A stretch of DNA of 64,000 bases from an uncultured Verrucomicrobiota bacterium (GCA_903825435.1 CAIKAP010000081.1:13118-77117), one strand, 5' to 3'. Shown: positions 10,569-23,667, numbered from the stretch's first letter. The notes: a model not told the origin generated them from the sequence alone. Translations and numbers: made by a program.

Positions 10569-11987
10569 ATGAGATTCATCTTCGTCTTCGCCCTGCTGTT
10601 GGTCGCGCTCCCGACCCAAGCCCGGTTGAATGTGTTGTTTATTGCGAGCGACGACATGAACTGCGACCTCAGCTGTTACGGCAATCCCGTGATCAAGACG
10701 CCGAACCTCGACCGGCTTGCGGCGCGCGGTACGTGCTTCGAGCGAGCGTACTGCCAGTTCCCGTTGTGCAGTCCGAGCCGAACATCGTTGATGACGGGGC
10801 TGCGTCCCGACACGACGCAGGTGTTCGACCTGAAGAAACATTTCCGCTCCGTGCTGCCCGGCGTGGTGACGTTGCCGCAGTTGTTCATGACCAACGGTTA
10901 CTACGCCGCGCGCGTCGGTAAGATCTACCACTACGGTGTGCCCAGCGAAATCGGCACCAGCGGCCTCGACGACCCGGCCTCATGGCAGAAGGTCGTCAAC
11001 CCGCGCGGCCGCGACAAGGACGAGGAGGGCAAACTCACCAACTACACGCCTCACCGACCCGGCCTCGGCAGTTCGTTGAGTTTCCTCGCCGCCGACGGCG
11101 CCGACGAGGAACAAACCGACGGTATCGGCACGACGGAGGCCCTCAACCTGCTCGAAGCGAACAAAGACCGCCCCTTCTTCCTCGCAATGGGCTACTATCG
11201 GCCGCATTGCCCGTACGTGGCGCCGAAGAAATACTTCCAGCGCGTCCCGTTCGATCTAGTGCGGATGCCGGAGATTTCCGAGGTGTGGAAAGCGCAGGTG
11301 CCGCCGCCCGCGACAGCCTCGACGCAACCGTGGCCGTGGTTCGGTGTGACCGAGTCGCAGGCCCGCGAATCCAAACACGCCTACTGGGCGGCCATCGAAT
11401 TCGTGGACGCACAGGTCGGCCGCCTGCTGGAGGCGCTCGACCGGCTGAAACTCGCCGACAACACCATCATCGTGTTCTGGGGCGACAACGGCTATCATGT
11501 CGGCGATAACGGCATGTGGAAGAAAATGAGCTTGTTCGAGTACTCCGCGCGCGTGCCAGTCATCATCGCCGCGCCGGGACAGAAGACGCGAGGCGGCGTC
11601 AGTCCGCGCACCGTGGAACTGCTCGACCTCTATCCGACGCTGGCTGAGTTGTGCGGCCTCAAGCCGTTGCATAAACTCGACGGACGCAGCCTGAAGCCGC
11701 TGCTCGACGACCCGCGTGCCACGTGGGACAAACCAGCGTTTACGCAAGTCTGGCGCGGTAAGTTCGCCGGCCACAGCGTGCGAACCGAGCGGTGGCGCTA
11801 CACCGAGTGGGACGACGGCCGCGAGGGCGCTGAGCTTTACGATTATGCCGCCGACCCCACCGAACAACACAACCTCGCCTCCGATTCAAAGCATGCCGCC
11901 GTCATCGCAGGGTTAAAACCTCTTCTCCAAGCCAACTGGACCAATCCTTACCGGCCCACTGCTAGGCCGAGCAAGAAAGGCAAGTGA
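10569..11987 (+). CDS. sulfatase (iduronate-2-sulfatase-like)
   Basis: signal peptide MRFIFVFALLLVALPTQA; SDDMNCDLSCYG; C-S-P-S-R signature (CSPSRTSLMTGLRPD). Confidence 0.85.
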   Translation: MRFIFVFALLLVALPTQARLNVLFIASDDMNCDLSCYGNPVIKTPNLDRLAARGTCFERAYCQFPLCSPSRTSLMTGLRPDTTQVFDLKKHFRSVLPGVVTLPQLFMTNGYYAARVGKIYHYGVPSEIGTSGLDDPASWQKVVNPRGRDKDEEGKLTNYTPHRPGLGSSLSFLAADGADEEQTDGIGTTEALNLLEANKDRPFFLAMGYYRPHCPYVAPKKYFQRVPFDLVRMPEISEVWKAQVPPPATASTQPWPWFGVTESQARESKHAYWAAIEFVDAQVGRLLEALDRLKLADNTIIVFWGDNGYHVGDNGMWKKMSLFEYSARVPVIIAAPGQKTRGGVSPRTVELLDLYPTLAELCGLKPLHKLDGRSLKPLLDDPRATWDKPAFTQVWRGKFAGHSVRTERWRYTEWDDGREGAELYDYAADPTEQHNLASDSKHAAVIAGLKPLLQANWTNPYRPTARPSKKGK

Positions 11988-13270
11988 ACAAGACCTCCGC
12001 GCCACACGTTCGTTACATGGTGATTTTCTTTGCGATCACGCTCGCGATCATCACGTATGTGGACCGCGTCTGCATGTCGCAGGCGGCGAAATTTATACAA
12101 GATGACCTGCACTTCAGTAAGGAACGGATGGGGCTGGTGTTTGCGGCGTTTACATTGGGGTACGGATTGTTCGAGGTGCCGGGGGGCTGGCTCGGCGACA
12201 AGTTCGGGCCGCGACGGATGCTATTGAGGGTCGTGCTGATGTGGTCGCTGTTCACTGTGGCGACAGGCTGGGCGTGGAACTGGACGGCGCTGCTGGTCTG
12301 CCAGTTTCTGTTTGGCGCGGGCGAGGCAGGGTGTTTTCCTAATCTGACGAAGGTGTTCACGATCTGGCTGCCGAAGCACGAGCGGGTCCGTGCGCAGGGT
12401 TGGATGTGGTTGAGTGCGCGCTGGGGCGGGGCGTTTACGCCGTTGTTGGTGGTGTGGGTGCTGAGTTTAGTGAGTTGGCGGTGGGCGTTTGGAATTTTTG
12501 GCCTACTCGGCGTGGTATGGGCCATCTGGTTCTACCGCTGGTTCCGTGACAATCCGCGCGAGCATCCCAATATGAGCGAGGAGGAACTGGCGTTGCTGGA
12601 CGGCGCGGAGCTGCCCGCGGCCGGGCGCGTCAAGGTGCCATGGAAACGTCTGTTGACCAGCCCGCGGATATGGCTCTTGTTCGTGCCGTTCTTCTGCATG
12701 AACTATGGCTGGTATTTTTACGTGACTTGGCTACCGACCTACCTGCGCGAAGCGCGTCATGTCAGCCTTGAAAAAAGCGCACTGCTGGCCGGGCTGCCGT
12801 TGTTTTTTGGTGGACTGGGCAGCCTGTTCAGCGGCTTGATCGCCACGCGCGCCGCCAAGTGGCTCGGCAATACCACCTGCGCCCGTCGCGCGCTTGCCTT
12901 CACAGGCCTAGCCGGCGCGGCGGTGATGATGCTCTGGTCGCCGAGTATCGAGAGCGCGACGTTGGCGATGATCGTGCTCGGCGTTGCCAGTTTCTCCAAC
13001 GACCTCGCCATGCCCGGCGCCTGGGGCGCGTGCATGGACATCGGCGGCCGCTACGCCGGGTCGCTTTCAGGAACGATGAACATGATGGGCCAGGCCGGCG
13101 GCACGCTTTGCCCGATCGCCGTCGCCTACATCCTTAAGCACACCAACAGCAATTGGAACGTGGCGTTCTGGGCCGCCGCCGCCGCCTATGCGATCGGCGC
13201 ACTTTGCTGGCTGTTCATTGACCCTGTAACACCGCTGGAGGAGGAGCCTCGGACGAAAGCAGCAACATGA
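11984..13270 (+). CDS. MFS transporter (sugar/hexuronate-type)
   Basis: 12-TM-like hydrophobic profile; MFS motif GWLGDKFGPRRMLL; start overlaps sulfatase stop. Confidence 0.7.
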   Translation: MNKTSAPHVRYMVIFFAITLAIITYVDRVCMSQAAKFIQDDLHFSKERMGLVFAAFTLGYGLFEVPGGWLGDKFGPRRMLLRVVLMWSLFTVATGWAWNWTALLVCQFLFGAGEAGCFPNLTKVFTIWLPKHERVRAQGWMWLSARWGGAFTPLLVVWVLSLVSWRWAFGIFGLLGVVWAIWFYRWFRDNPREHPNMSEEELALLDGAELPAAGRVKVPWKRLLTSPRIWLLFVPFFCMNYGWYFYVTWLPTYLREARHVSLEKSALLAGLPLFFGGLGSLFSGLIATRAAKWLGNTTCARRALAFTGLAGAAVMMLWSPSIESATLAMIVLGVASFSNDLAMPGAWGACMDIGGRYAGSLSGTMNMMGQAGGTLCPIAVAYILKHTNSNWNVAFWAAAAAYAIGALCWLFIDPVTPLEEEPRTKAAT

Positions 13271-13347
13271 AGTGTTGCTGCTTCATCAAGACCAACGCAA
13301 AACTGTTCGCGTTAAAACTCACGGCGCATGGCGGATATTCTATTTGT

Positions 13348-13923
13348 TCAAAAAGTGCAGTCCAGCTCTATTGATCGCTTCAACAAGCGCAGATACTCGC
13401 ATCGCGGAATCTCCATCGTGCCGAATTGCGCCAGGTGCGGCGTCTGCCATTGCGTGTCCAGCAGCGCAAACCCGCGGTCGCGCAATCGCTCGACCAGCGC
13501 CACCAGCGCCACCTTCGACGCGTCCGTCGCGCGGTGAAACATGCTCTCGCCGAAAAACGCCCCGCCGATGTGGACGCCGTACAAGCCGCCGACGAGTTTG
13601 CCTTCGAGCCGCATCTCGACGCTGTGGGCGAAGCCGAGCTGATGAAGCTGGCAGTAGCTGGCGACGATCTCCTCTGAGATCCAGGTCCCTTCCGGTCGTT
13701 TGCAGCATTCGCGCATGACCCGTTCAAATTCGAAGTCGAACGTCACGGTAAACTGATTCTTCTTCAACGCCCGACGCAAGCCGTGCGGGACATGAAAGTG
13801 GTCGTCCAACGGAATCACGGCGCGCGGGTCGGGCGAGAACCAGCCGATCTCGTCGCGCTTGTCCATCGCCATCGGGAAAATCCCCCGGCAATAGGCCCCA
13901 ATCAGGACTTCGGGCGTCAGCAT
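13348..13923 (-). CDS. aat: leucyl/phenylalanyl-tRNA--protein transferase
   Basis: 191 aa; GAYCRGIFPMA, WFSPDPRAVIPL and GESMFH motifs typical of L/F-transferase. Confidence 0.85.
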   Translation of the reverse strand: MLTPEVLIGAYCRGIFPMAMDKRDEIGWFSPDPRAVIPLDDHFHVPHGLRRALKKNQFTVTFDFEFERVMRECCKRPEGTWISEEIVASYCQLHQLGFAHSVEMRLEGKLVGGLYGVHIGGAFFGESMFHRATDASKVALVALVERLRDRGFALLDTQWQTPHLAQFGTMEIPRCEYLRLLKRSIELDCTF

Positions 13924-13966
13924 GGTTTAATTCTAGCACACGTTTCGCCTAGGATGCGCGGCCATT

Positions 13967-14887
13967 GTGACCGAACGACAAAAAGGAATCATCGCACTGG
14001 CGGTCGTGTTGGTGGCGTGGAGCCTGTCGAGCGTGTTCGTGAAGTACCTGATCCGCGAAGGCTACGACGCGCATACGCAGAACTTCTACCGCTACGCCGC
14101 CGGCACGCTCGTCGTGTTGCCGTTCCTGGCCCGCAGCGTCCGCCAGCGCGGCGTGAAACCGAACCGGCGGTTGCTCCTCCTGCTGTTGCTGGCGACGATT
14201 CCCAACCTGAGCCATCAGATTTGCTGGACCGTGTCGCTGAACTGGATCAACCCAGGCCTGGCGTCGTTCCTGAACAAGTCCAGCGTCCTGTTCGCCGCGC
14301 TGCTGGCGTTCGTGTTGTACGCCGAGGAACGCTGGCTGTGGCGGTCGCGCCGGTTCCTGGCGGGGCTGGGGCTGACGATTCTCGGCACCGTCGGGCTGGC
14401 GCTGCTGCGGGGCGACCTCGGCCGGGTCGAGTCGAACCTCGGCGTCGTGCTGGTGTTGATCGCGGCATTTTCGTGGGCCATGTACAGCGTCGCCGTCAAA
14501 CAGCCAACTTCGGAGGCCGGTTCGACGTTTTCGTTCGGCGTTGTCGGCCTCTACACCACGGCGGTGTTGTGGCTCGCGGCGCTGCGCTGGGGCGACCTCG
14601 GCCTGTGGTGGCGCGCCCCGTGGCACGTGAACGCCATCATGATTCTCTCCGGCGTGTTCTGCATCGGCATCGCGCACACCTGCTATTATTACGCCATGCA
14701 GCGGCTGACCGTTTCGGTGTGCGCCACGATGCTGCTGACAACGCCGGTGGGCACGCTGCTGATCTCGCGGTGGATGTTCCACGAGGAGATGACCGCCGGG
14801 CAACTCGTCTCGGGTGTGGTCCTCATCGTCGGCGCCTTCCTGACGCTGCTGGCGAAGGACAAAACTGTCGTGGCAGAACCGGTTTAG
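13967..14887 (+). CDS. EamA/DMT-family transporter
   Basis: 10-TM protein with two EamA-like halves; 306 aa. Confidence 0.6.
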   Translation: MTERQKGIIALAVVLVAWSLSSVFVKYLIREGYDAHTQNFYRYAAGTLVVLPFLARSVRQRGVKPNRRLLLLLLLATIPNLSHQICWTVSLNWINPGLASFLNKSSVLFAALLAFVLYAEERWLWRSRRFLAGLGLTILGTVGLALLRGDLGRVESNLGVVLVLIAAFSWAMYSVAVKQPTSEAGSTFSFGVVGLYTTAVLWLAALRWGDLGLWWRAPWHVNAIMILSGVFCIGIAHTCYYYAMQRLTVSVCATMLLTTPVGTLLISRWMFHEEMTAGQLVSGVVLIVGAFLTLLAKDKTVVAEPV

Positions 14888-16332
14888 CGATGCCCGCCGA
14901 GATCGGAATCGTACACGTAGCCTTCCTCGCCGTGTTCGCTGACGTCGAGGCCTTGCATCTCAAGCTCCGGTTCGACGCGGAGGTCGCCCAGTAACTTGCC
15001 GACGAGCCACGCGATGGCCAGCGTGGCACCGACCGACCATACCAACATCAGGCCGCCAGCCTTGAGCTGTTCCAGCCAGAGCGTCTTGCCGACGAGACCG
15101 TTCAGGTTCGTCGCGAGGTTCGGGTTGATCTTCGTCGAGGCAAACACCCCGGCCAGGATCGTCCCGAGCGTGCCGCCGACGGCGTGGACGCCAAACGTGT
15201 CGAGCGAATCGTCATAGCCGAACTTTGATTTCAGCTTGCTGCACGACAGGAACGTCGCCGTGCCCGCCACCGCGCCAATCAGAATCGCCGAACCGGCGCT
15301 GACAAAACCGCAGCCGGGCGTGATCGTCGCCAGACCCGCGACGGCACCGGAACAGAAGCCGAGCACGCTCGGTTTGCCGCGCGTGATGTACTCGATACCG
15401 GCCCACGCGACGCTACCGACTGCGGCGGCCAACGTGGTGGCGACAAACGCGTTCGACGCGATGCCGTCGGCCGCGACCGCGCTGCCGGCGTTGAAGCCGT
15501 ACCAGCCGACCCACAACATGCCGGTGCCAACCATGCAGAGCACCATCGAGTGCGGCGGCATCGGTTCCTTGCCGTGGCCGAGACGTTTGCCGAGGAAGAT
15601 GCAGAGCGCCAACGCCGACCAGCCGCTGGTCATGTGAACAACGATGCCGCCTGCGAAATCAATCGCCTTGATCTTGGCGTCGGGATTGGCGAGGCCGTTC
15701 ATCCAGCCGCCGTTGCCCCAGATCAGGTGCGCCGCGGGGAAATAGACGATGAACATCCAGAGCGTGCTGAACAACAGAATGGCGGAGAACTTCATCCGTT
15801 CGGCGATGGCGCCGATGATGAGCGCCGGGGTGATGATGGCGAACATGAGCTGATAGATCGCGAAGATGTTGTGCGAGACCCACGAGGCGTAGTCGGGGTT
15901 CGGCGTGGCGTCAACGTTTTTGAAGAAGGCAAATCCAAATCCGCCGAGGAAGCCGTTGCCCTTGCCGAAACAGAGGCTGTAGCCAACGGCCCACCACAAC
16001 ACCGACACCAGCCCGGCAAGGCCGAGGCATTGCGCCAGCACCGAAAGCACGTTCTTGCGGCGCACGAGGCCGCCGTAGAACAGCGCCAGCCCCGGCAACG
16101 TCATGAACAACACCAGCGCCGACGAGACCATCATCCAGCCGTTGTGGCCCGGCCCCGGCCCGGCGACCTTGGTTGCCGTGGTGGTGCGGGCCGTGTTGTT
16201 GAGGTAAGCCTCAATGTCGGCGACGCGCTGTTCGAGCGTCGGTTCCTTCGCGGGCGCGTCCGCGGCGCGAAGCGTGTTGGCAAAACACAGTGCGAGCAAC
16301 AAAACGACACAATACCGGCGTATCAAGTGCAT
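14884..16332 (-). CDS. amt: ammonium transporter with N-terminal signal peptide/coiled-coil extension
   Basis: Amt signatures (GGIVVHMTSGWSALALCIFLGKR); start set at MHLIRRY (ATG 16330-16332, AGGAG upstream) rather than ORF start 16416. Confidence 0.85.
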   Translation of the reverse strand: MHLIRRYCVVLLLALCFANTLRAADAPAKEPTLEQRVADIEAYLNNTARTTTATKVAGPGPGHNGWMMVSSALVLFMTLPGLALFYGGLVRRKNVLSVLAQCLGLAGLVSVLWWAVGYSLCFGKGNGFLGGFGFAFFKNVDATPNPDYASWVSHNIFAIYQLMFAIITPALIIGAIAERMKFSAILLFSTLWMFIVYFPAAHLIWGNGGWMNGLANPDAKIKAIDFAGGIVVHMTSGWSALALCIFLGKRLGHGKEPMPPHSMVLCMVGTGMLWVGWYGFNAGSAVAADGIASNAFVATTLAAAVGSVAWAGIEYITRGKPSVLGFCSGAVAGLATITPGCGFVSAGSAILIGAVAGTATFLSCSKLKSKFGYDDSLDTFGVHAVGGTLGTILAGVFASTKINPNLATNLNGLVGKTLWLEQLKAGGLMLVWSVGATLAIAWLVGKLLGDLRVEPELEMQGLDVSEHGEEGYVYDSDLGGHR

Positions 16333-16365
16333 AACAAAACTCTCCTTCGTCAGGAGGCCGTCGGA

Positions 16366-16382
16366 ATGCAATACCTGTGCCA
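16366..16382 (-). promoter_or_regulatory. sigma-54 (-24/-12) promoter for amt
   Basis: minus strand reads CTGGCACAGGTATTGCATT = TGGCAC-N5-TTGCA, about 45 bp upstream of the amt ATG. Confidence 0.7.
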
Positions 16383-16471
16383 GTCGCAATGGTGTGGTTT
16401 TCAACCTCCACCACAACAGTCACTTCCGGTTTTGCGATGAACACACACCAACATCGCTGGTCGTCGAAAAC

Positions 16472-16496
16472 TGACCAGCGTGGTCAAATCACGCCA
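16472..16496. promoter_or_regulatory. palindromic upstream site TGACCAGCGTGGTCAAATCACGCCA (putative enhancer-binding-protein UAS)
   Basis: TGACCA-N3-TGGTCA inverted repeat ~90 bp upstream of the sigma-54 promoter; related copies at 18424, 29767, 36667, 43288. Confidence 0.5.
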
Positions 16497-16508
16497 ATAC
16501 CGTTTCGC

Positions 16509-18285
<1,777 letters not shown>

Positions 18286-18319
18286 GACAAATCTCCTTCG
18301 TCGGTTGACTGGCACGAAT

Positions 18320-18335
18320 GCACCGCCTGTGCCAG
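18320..18335 (-). promoter_or_regulatory. sigma-54 promoter for amt (second paralog)
   Basis: minus strand CTGGCACAGGCGGTGCA = TGGCAC-N5-GTGCA (GG/GC correctly spaced). Confidence 0.6.
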
Positions 18336-18382
18336 TGGCGGGGGCGATTTCGACAAACGAAGCCGGTGCAAGCACTTCCGCA

Positions 18383-18450
18383 CAACCGGAATAAAACCGG
18401 AACATGACGCCGGTGCGGTCAACTAACCAACGTGGTCAATTTCCGACACC
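18383..18450. repeat. 68-bp composite repeat: GTTCCGG element (rc) + TAACCAACGTGGTCAATTTCCGACACC upstream site; left copy of kdp-flanking direct repeat
   Basis: about 91% identical to 29727-29792; lies in the divergent amt/kdpA intergenic region. Confidence 0.75.
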
Positions 18451-18523
18451 GTTAACAACTTTTTAGCACTTCCGCTCCGCCTTTTAATTATGCGGCTCGC
18501 GCGTGCCGTGTCACGTTCGTTCC

Positions 18524-20176
18524 ATGAAACAGAACGAAGTCTTTCAACTGCTGGCGTTCTTCGGACTGCTCGTCGCGCTCGCACCGTTGCTTGGTGCGTA
18601 CATGGCGCGGGTTTTCGATGGCCAGCCACGTAAATTGGAGCGGCTGATCTACCGGCTCGGCGGCGTACGTGCTGACGAGGAGATGTCGTGGAAACGATAT
18701 TTTGCCGCGGTGTTGCTGTTCAATGTCGTCGGTATAGTCACGCTGATGGCCATCGAGATGACGCAGGCGTGGCTGCCATTCAACCCTCAGCATCTCCCGA
18801 ATGTTCCGTGGGCGCTGGCGTTGAACACCGCCATCAGTTTCATCACGAACACCAACTGGCAGGCGTACTCTGGTGAAAACACGATGAGTTACTTCACTCA
18901 GATGGCCGGGCTGGCGGTGCACAATTTCCTCAGCGCCGCCACCGGCATCGCAGTGTTGCTGGCGCTGGCGCGCGGCCTGAAACGCGCCTCGGCACAGTCA
19001 CTCGGCAGTTTCTGGGTGGACCTCACGCGCGCGACACTCTACGTGCTGCTGCCGTTGTCATTGGTCCTGTCTGTCATATTAGTCTCACAAGGCGTCGTAC
19101 AAAATCTCGCACCCTACCGGACCGTGAAGACACTCGAAGGCGCAGAACAAGTCATTCCCGGCGGCCCGGCCGCATCTCAGGTTGCGATCAAACAACTCGG
19201 CACCAACGGCGGGGGCTTCTTCGGCCAGAACAGCGCGCATCCGTTCGAGAATCCGACGCCGCTCAGCAACTTCGTCGAGATGTTCGGCTTGCTGATTGTG
19301 GCGGCATCGCTGGTGTACGCGTTCGGCTTGCTCGTCGGCGACAAACGGCATGCCTGGTGTCTGTTCGGCGTGATGTTGGTCCTGTTGGTTGGCAGCTTCG
19401 CGGTGGCGTGGTGGGCCGAAAGCCAGTCCGCCGGCAACATGGAAGGCAAGGAACAACGCTTCGGCGTCATGAACAGCGTGCTCTTCGCCGTCGCCACCAC
19501 AGGCACCTCTTGTGGCGCAGTAAACGCGATGCACGACAGTTTCACGCCGCTGGCGGGGCTGATGCCGATGTGGAACATGATGCTCGGCTGCATCGCGTTT
19601 GGCGGCGTCGGCGCCGGTCTGTATGGAATGATGATGCACGTGCTGTTGACGGTGTTCATCGCCGGGCTGATGGTCGGGCGGACGCCGGAATATCTCGGCA
19701 AGAAAATCCAGGCGTGGGAAGCGACGTGGGCCGTCGTGGCGATTCTGATCCCGAACTTCCTGATTCTGATCGGCTCGGCGGTCGCGTGCAGCGTCGCGAC
19801 CGGGCTTGCCGGCCTGAACAACGCCGGGCCGCACGGCTTGAGTGAAATCTTTTACGCCTACGCCTCCGCCTCGAACAACAACGGCAGCGCCTTTGCCGGC
19901 CTGAACGTGAACACCTACTTCTACAATCTCACGCTCGGCGGCGCGATGTTCCTCGGCCGGTTCGGCGTCATCCTCGCCGTGCTCGCCATTGCCGGTCACC
20001 TTGCCGCGAAGAAGACCGTACCGGCGTCACCGGGAACGTTCCCGACCAACGGACTGACGTTCGCCTGTGTGCTGTTCGGCGTCATCATCATCATCGGCGC
20101 GCTGACGTTCTTCCCCGCGCTTTGCCTCGGGCCAATCGTCGAGCATGGACTCATGCTGACCGGAAGGAATTTCTAA
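18524..20176 (+). CDS. kdpA: potassium-transporting ATPase subunit A
   Basis: aligns along its length with E. coli KdpA ([35 protein letters not shown]); start at MKQNEV preferred over ORF start 18503. Confidence 0.9.
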   Translation: MKQNEVFQLLAFFGLLVALAPLLGAYMARVFDGQPRKLERLIYRLGGVRADEEMSWKRYFAAVLLFNVVGIVTLMAIEMTQAWLPFNPQHLPNVPWALALNTAISFITNTNWQAYSGENTMSYFTQMAGLAVHNFLSAATGIAVLLALARGLKRASAQSLGSFWVDLTRATLYVLLPLSLVLSVILVSQGVVQNLAPYRTVKTLEGAEQVIPGGPAASQVAIKQLGTNGGGFFGQNSAHPFENPTPLSNFVEMFGLLIVAASLVYAFGLLVGDKRHAWCLFGVMLVLLVGSFAVAWWAESQSAGNMEGKEQRFGVMNSVLFAVATTGTSCGAVNAMHDSFTPLAGLMPMWNMMLGCIAFGGVGAGLYGMMMHVLLTVFIAGLMVGRTPEYLGKKIQAWEATWAVVAILIPNFLILIGSAVACSVATGLAGLNNAGPHGLSEIFYAYASASNNNGSAFAGLNVNTYFYNLTLGGAMFLGRFGVILAVLAIAGHLAAKKTVPASPGTFPTNGLTFACVLFGVIIIIGALTFFPALCLGPIVEHGLMLTGRNF

Positions 20177-22230
20177 TGAGTACCAAAGTCGAAATCAAAT
20201 ACTCCGAGCTGGTCCGCCACGCGGTCATTGACGCCTTCAAGAAGCTCGACCCGCGCGACGAGATCAAGAACCTGGTCATGTTCGTCGTCTATGTTGGCGC
20301 GATCCTGAGCACCGGCGTTTTGTTCCGGAATTGTTCCGGCTTCAATATCCAGATCTGCCTCTGGCTCTGGTTTACGTGCCTCTTCGCGAATTTCGCCGAG
20401 GCGATGGCCGAGGGCCGCGGCAAGGCGCACGCCGACGCGTTGAAGAAGATGCGGACGAAGACGCTGGCCCGCAAACGCGACGGCCAGCGAGTCAACGCCG
20501 CCGAGCTGCGCAAGGGCGACGAAGTTGTCTGCGAAGCCGGTGACACCATCCCCGCCGACGGCGAAATCATCGAAGGCATCGCGACCGTTGACGAATCCGC
20601 CATCACCGGCGAGTCCGCGCCCGTCATCCGCGAAAGCGGCGGCGACCGCAGCGCCGTCACCGGTGGCACGCGCGTCATCAGCGACAAGATCATCATTCGC
20701 GTCACCGCCGATGCCGGCAACTCGTTCCTCGACCGGATGATTTCGATGATCGAAGGCGCGCGCCGGCAAAAAACACCGAACGAAATCGCGTTGAACATCC
20801 TTCTCGTCAGCCTGACCGCACTGTTTATCCTCGTCGTCATCACGTTGCCGGCGTTCGCCCGGTACAACGAGAAGGCCGCGAGCCAGACCGGTGTGGTGCT
20901 CACAACGCTGCCGGTGTTGCTGGCACTGATTGTGTGTTTAATCCCGACGACCATCGGCGGCCTGCTCAGCGCTATTGGCATTGCCGGCATTGACCGGTTG
21001 ATGCGGCGCAACGTGCTCGCCACCAGCGGACGCGCCGTCGAGGCGGCGGGTGACGTGGACGTGTTGCTGCTCGACAAGACCGGCACGATCACACTCGGCA
21101 ACCGGATGGCGACGGAATTCATTCCTGCGCCCAGTGTGAAGATCGAGGAACTCGCCGACGCCGCGCAACTCGCGTCGCTTGCCGACGAAACGCCGGAAGG
21201 ACGTTCCATCGTTGTGCTCGCGAAGGAAAAACACGGACTCCGTGGCCGCGAAGTCGCCGAGCCGCACGCCGTGCCGGTGCCGTTCACGGCGCAGACCCGG
21301 ATGAGCGGCGTGGATTTTGGCGACGGCACGCGCCGCATCCGCAAAGGGGCGACCGAGGCCGTCCAGGCGTTTGTCGAATCGCAAGGCGGTGTCATGCCGA
21401 AAGCTGTGACGCAAATCGTCGAACAGATTTCGCGCAGTGGCGGCACGCCGCTAGTCGTGTGCGACGGCAAGAACGTGCTTGGTGTCATCCAACTCAAGGA
21501 CGTTGTCAAAGGCGGCATCAAGGAGCGTTTCGCCCAGCTCCGCAAAATGGGCGTGCGCACCGTGATGATTACCGGCGACAACCCGCTGACCGCCGCCGCC
21601 ATCGCCGCCGAGGCGGGCGTGGATGATTTCATCGCGCAGGCGAAACCCGAAGACAAACTCGCCCGCATCCGTCACGAGCAAGCTGGCGGCAAATTGATCG
21701 CGATGATCGGCGACGGCACGAACGACGCTCCTGCGTTGGCGCAAGCCGATGTCGGCGTCGCGATGAACACCGGCACGCAAGCCGCCCGCGAAGCTGGGAA
21801 CATGGTGGACCTCGACTCGAATCCGACAAAGCTGATTGAGGTCGTCGAGATCGGCAAGCAACTCTTGATGACGCGCGGCGCGTTGACGACGTTTAGCATC
21901 GCCAACGACGTGTCAAAATATTTCGCAATCCTGCCGGCAATGTTCGGCGTACTCTACGCGACGACTGCGCTGGGTAAAGGCCCGCTCGACAAGTTGAACG
22001 TCATGCACCTGCACTCGCCGGAGAGCGCAATCCTTAGTGCGGTGATTTTCAACGCGCTGATCATCGTCGCGCTGATTCCGCTGGCGTTGCGCGGCGTGAA
22101 GTACCAGCCGCTCGGCGCCGCCGTAATCCTGCGCAAGAACATGCTGATCTACGGCGTCGGCGGCCTCATCATTCCGTTCATCTTCATCAAACTGATCGAC
22201 ATCGCGCTCGTCGCATTGAGGCTCGCATGA
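20176..22230 (+). CDS. kdpB: potassium-transporting ATPase subunit B (P-type ATPase)
   Basis: [21 protein letters not shown] motifs; ATG overlaps kdpA stop (TAATGA). Confidence 0.9.
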   Translation: MSTKVEIKYSELVRHAVIDAFKKLDPRDEIKNLVMFVVYVGAILSTGVLFRNCSGFNIQICLWLWFTCLFANFAEAMAEGRGKAHADALKKMRTKTLARKRDGQRVNAAELRKGDEVVCEAGDTIPADGEIIEGIATVDESAITGESAPVIRESGGDRSAVTGGTRVISDKIIIRVTADAGNSFLDRMISMIEGARRQKTPNEIALNILLVSLTALFILVVITLPAFARYNEKAASQTGVVLTTLPVLLALIVCLIPTTIGGLLSAIGIAGIDRLMRRNVLATSGRAVEAAGDVDVLLLDKTGTITLGNRMATEFIPAPSVKIEELADAAQLASLADETPEGRSIVVLAKEKHGLRGREVAEPHAVPVPFTAQTRMSGVDFGDGTRRIRKGATEAVQAFVESQGGVMPKAVTQIVEQISRSGGTPLVVCDGKNVLGVIQLKDVVKGGIKERFAQLRKMGVRTVMITGDNPLTAAAIAAEAGVDDFIAQAKPEDKLARIRHEQAGGKLIAMIGDGTNDAPALAQADVGVAMNTGTQAAREAGNMVDLDSNPTKLIEVVEIGKQLLMTRGALTTFSIANDVSKYFAILPAMFGVLYATTALGKGPLDKLNVMHLHSPESAILSAVIFNALIIVALIPLALRGVKYQPLGAAVILRKNMLIYGVGGLIIPFIFIKLIDIALVALRLA

Positions 22231-22769
22231 AACTACTCATCCAATCCATTTTGTTGACGGTCATTTTCACCATCATCACCGGCATCCTGTATCCGCTGGC
22301 GATTACCGGCATCGCACAAGTCGCGTTTCCCCGGCAAGCCAACGGCGACGTGACGCTGCTGGCGCAGAAATTTACCGGCGATAAATACTTCTGGCCGCGT
22401 CCGTCGGCCTGCGATTACGCGACCGTGCCGTCCGGCGCCAGCAACCTCGGCCCGACCAGCGCAGCGCTGCAATCCAACGTCGCCGCGCGCGTGGCGTTGC
22501 TCGGCACGAATGCACCCGCCGACATGCTGTATGCTTCCGGCAGTGGGCTTGACCCGCACATCAGTCCGGAGGCGGCACGCTTTCAAGTTAAGCGCGTCGC
22601 GGCGGCGCGCACCGCCGAGGTCGCCAAGGTGAGCGCGCTCGTTGAAAGGTTCATCGAGCCGCTGCAGTGGGGCTTTCTCGGCGAGCCGCGTGTGAATGTT
22701 TTGAAACTAAATCTGGCGCTCGACCAACAAGAATCAGGAGGGCATCATGAAGATCAAGCCCGGCATTAA
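22227..22769 (+). CDS. kdpC: potassium-transporting ATPase subunit C
   Basis: 180 aa, N-terminal TM helix, KdpC-like; overlaps kdpB stop. Confidence 0.85.
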   Translation: MKLLIQSILLTVIFTIITGILYPLAITGIAQVAFPRQANGDVTLLAQKFTGDKYFWPRPSACDYATVPSGASNLGPTSAALQSNVAARVALLGTNAPADMLYASGSGLDPHISPEAARFQVKRVAAARTAEVAKVSALVERFIEPLQWGFLGEPRVNVLKLNLALDQQESGGHHEDQARH

Positions 22770-23667
22770 AGACGTTCTGTGGATGGCCGCCGGTGCGGCT
22801 ATCCTGCTCGTGGTCATCGTGGCGATGTTGCATTTCTACAAAGACTGGAATCCTGCTGCGCAACTCGCCTTCAAAGCCCGTCGAGGTGATCTGGTGGGAC
22901 GGATGCAATTGGACCTGGCCTCTGCCTCGGAGACGGAGAAAAGTGCGGTTCTCGCCATCACCGATGAAGAGTCACAGAAGTTCGCCGACCAAGCCCGCGC
23001 AGCGTCGGCAAAGGTGGAGCAGGAACGTCGTGAACTCGGAGAACTTCTGGCGGCAGGCGGCACGCAAGGCGAGAAGGATCTGCTGGCTCAATTCGCCACG
23101 GCTTTCGCCGAGTTTCAGCACATTGACAACGATCTGCTCGCGTTGGCGGTCAAGAACACCAACCTCAAGGCGTCCAGCCTCACGTTCGGCCCGGCCGCCG
23201 CCGCGCTGAAGGAAATGGACGCCGCGCTGGCGCGGCTCATGACCGACGACGCGAAAGTCGTGCGCCTCGCTGACGACGCACGGATCGCCGCGTGGCGGCT
23301 GCTGGCGTTGCTGCCGCCGCACATCGCCGAGGAGGACGAAAAGAAGGAAGACGCGATGGAAGCGTTGATGGCCACGGAAGATGCGCAGGTCCGTAAAAAT
23401 CTGGATATGCTCGCGGCGCTCCCGCAATTCACCAGCAATCCCGAACTGGCAACCGCCGCGGCGCGTTATGCCGAGTTCAGCAAACTCAAAACACAAATCC
23501 TCGCACTCTCCCGCGAGAACACCAACGTCCGTTCGCTGTCCATATCGCTGAATCAAAAGCGCAAGGTGACACTGGTGTGCCAGGACGCGCTGAACGCCTT
23601 GCAGCAGGCCATCCAGGCGGAACCCATCGCCGGGGTTACGTACGGAAAACCGATGAGTCCGCGTTGA
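22747..23667 (+). CDS. membrane-anchored coiled-coil hypothetical protein, translationally coupled to kdpC
   Basis: overlaps kdpC 3' end by 23 nt; single N-terminal TM then helical Ala/Leu-rich domain; no recognisable catalytic motif. Confidence 0.45.
   Translation: MKIKPGIKDVLWMAAGAAILLVVIVAMLHFYKDWNPAAQLAFKARRGDLVGRMQLDLASASETEKSAVLAITDEESQKFADQARAASAKVEQERRELGELLAAGGTQGEKDLLAQFATAFAEFQHIDNDLLALAVKNTNLKASSLTFGPAAAALKEMDAALARLMTDDAKVVRLADDARIAAWRLLALLPPHIAEEDEKKEDAMEALMATEDAQVRKNLDMLAALPQFTSNPELATAAARYAEFSKLKTQILALSRENTNVRSLSISLNQKRKVTLVCQDALNALQQAIQAEPIAGVTYGKPMSPR

Noticed and set aside
20320-20340. Possibility that in-CDS GTTCCGG elements (kdpB, der, purD, the short Amt, the SAM-MTase) are in-frame insertions of a mini mobile element
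   Set aside because: In Der and KdpB the encoded residues ([15 protein letters not shown]) align with conserved positions of orthologues without extra length. They therefore look like native codons that happen to match, or were selected for, the motif.
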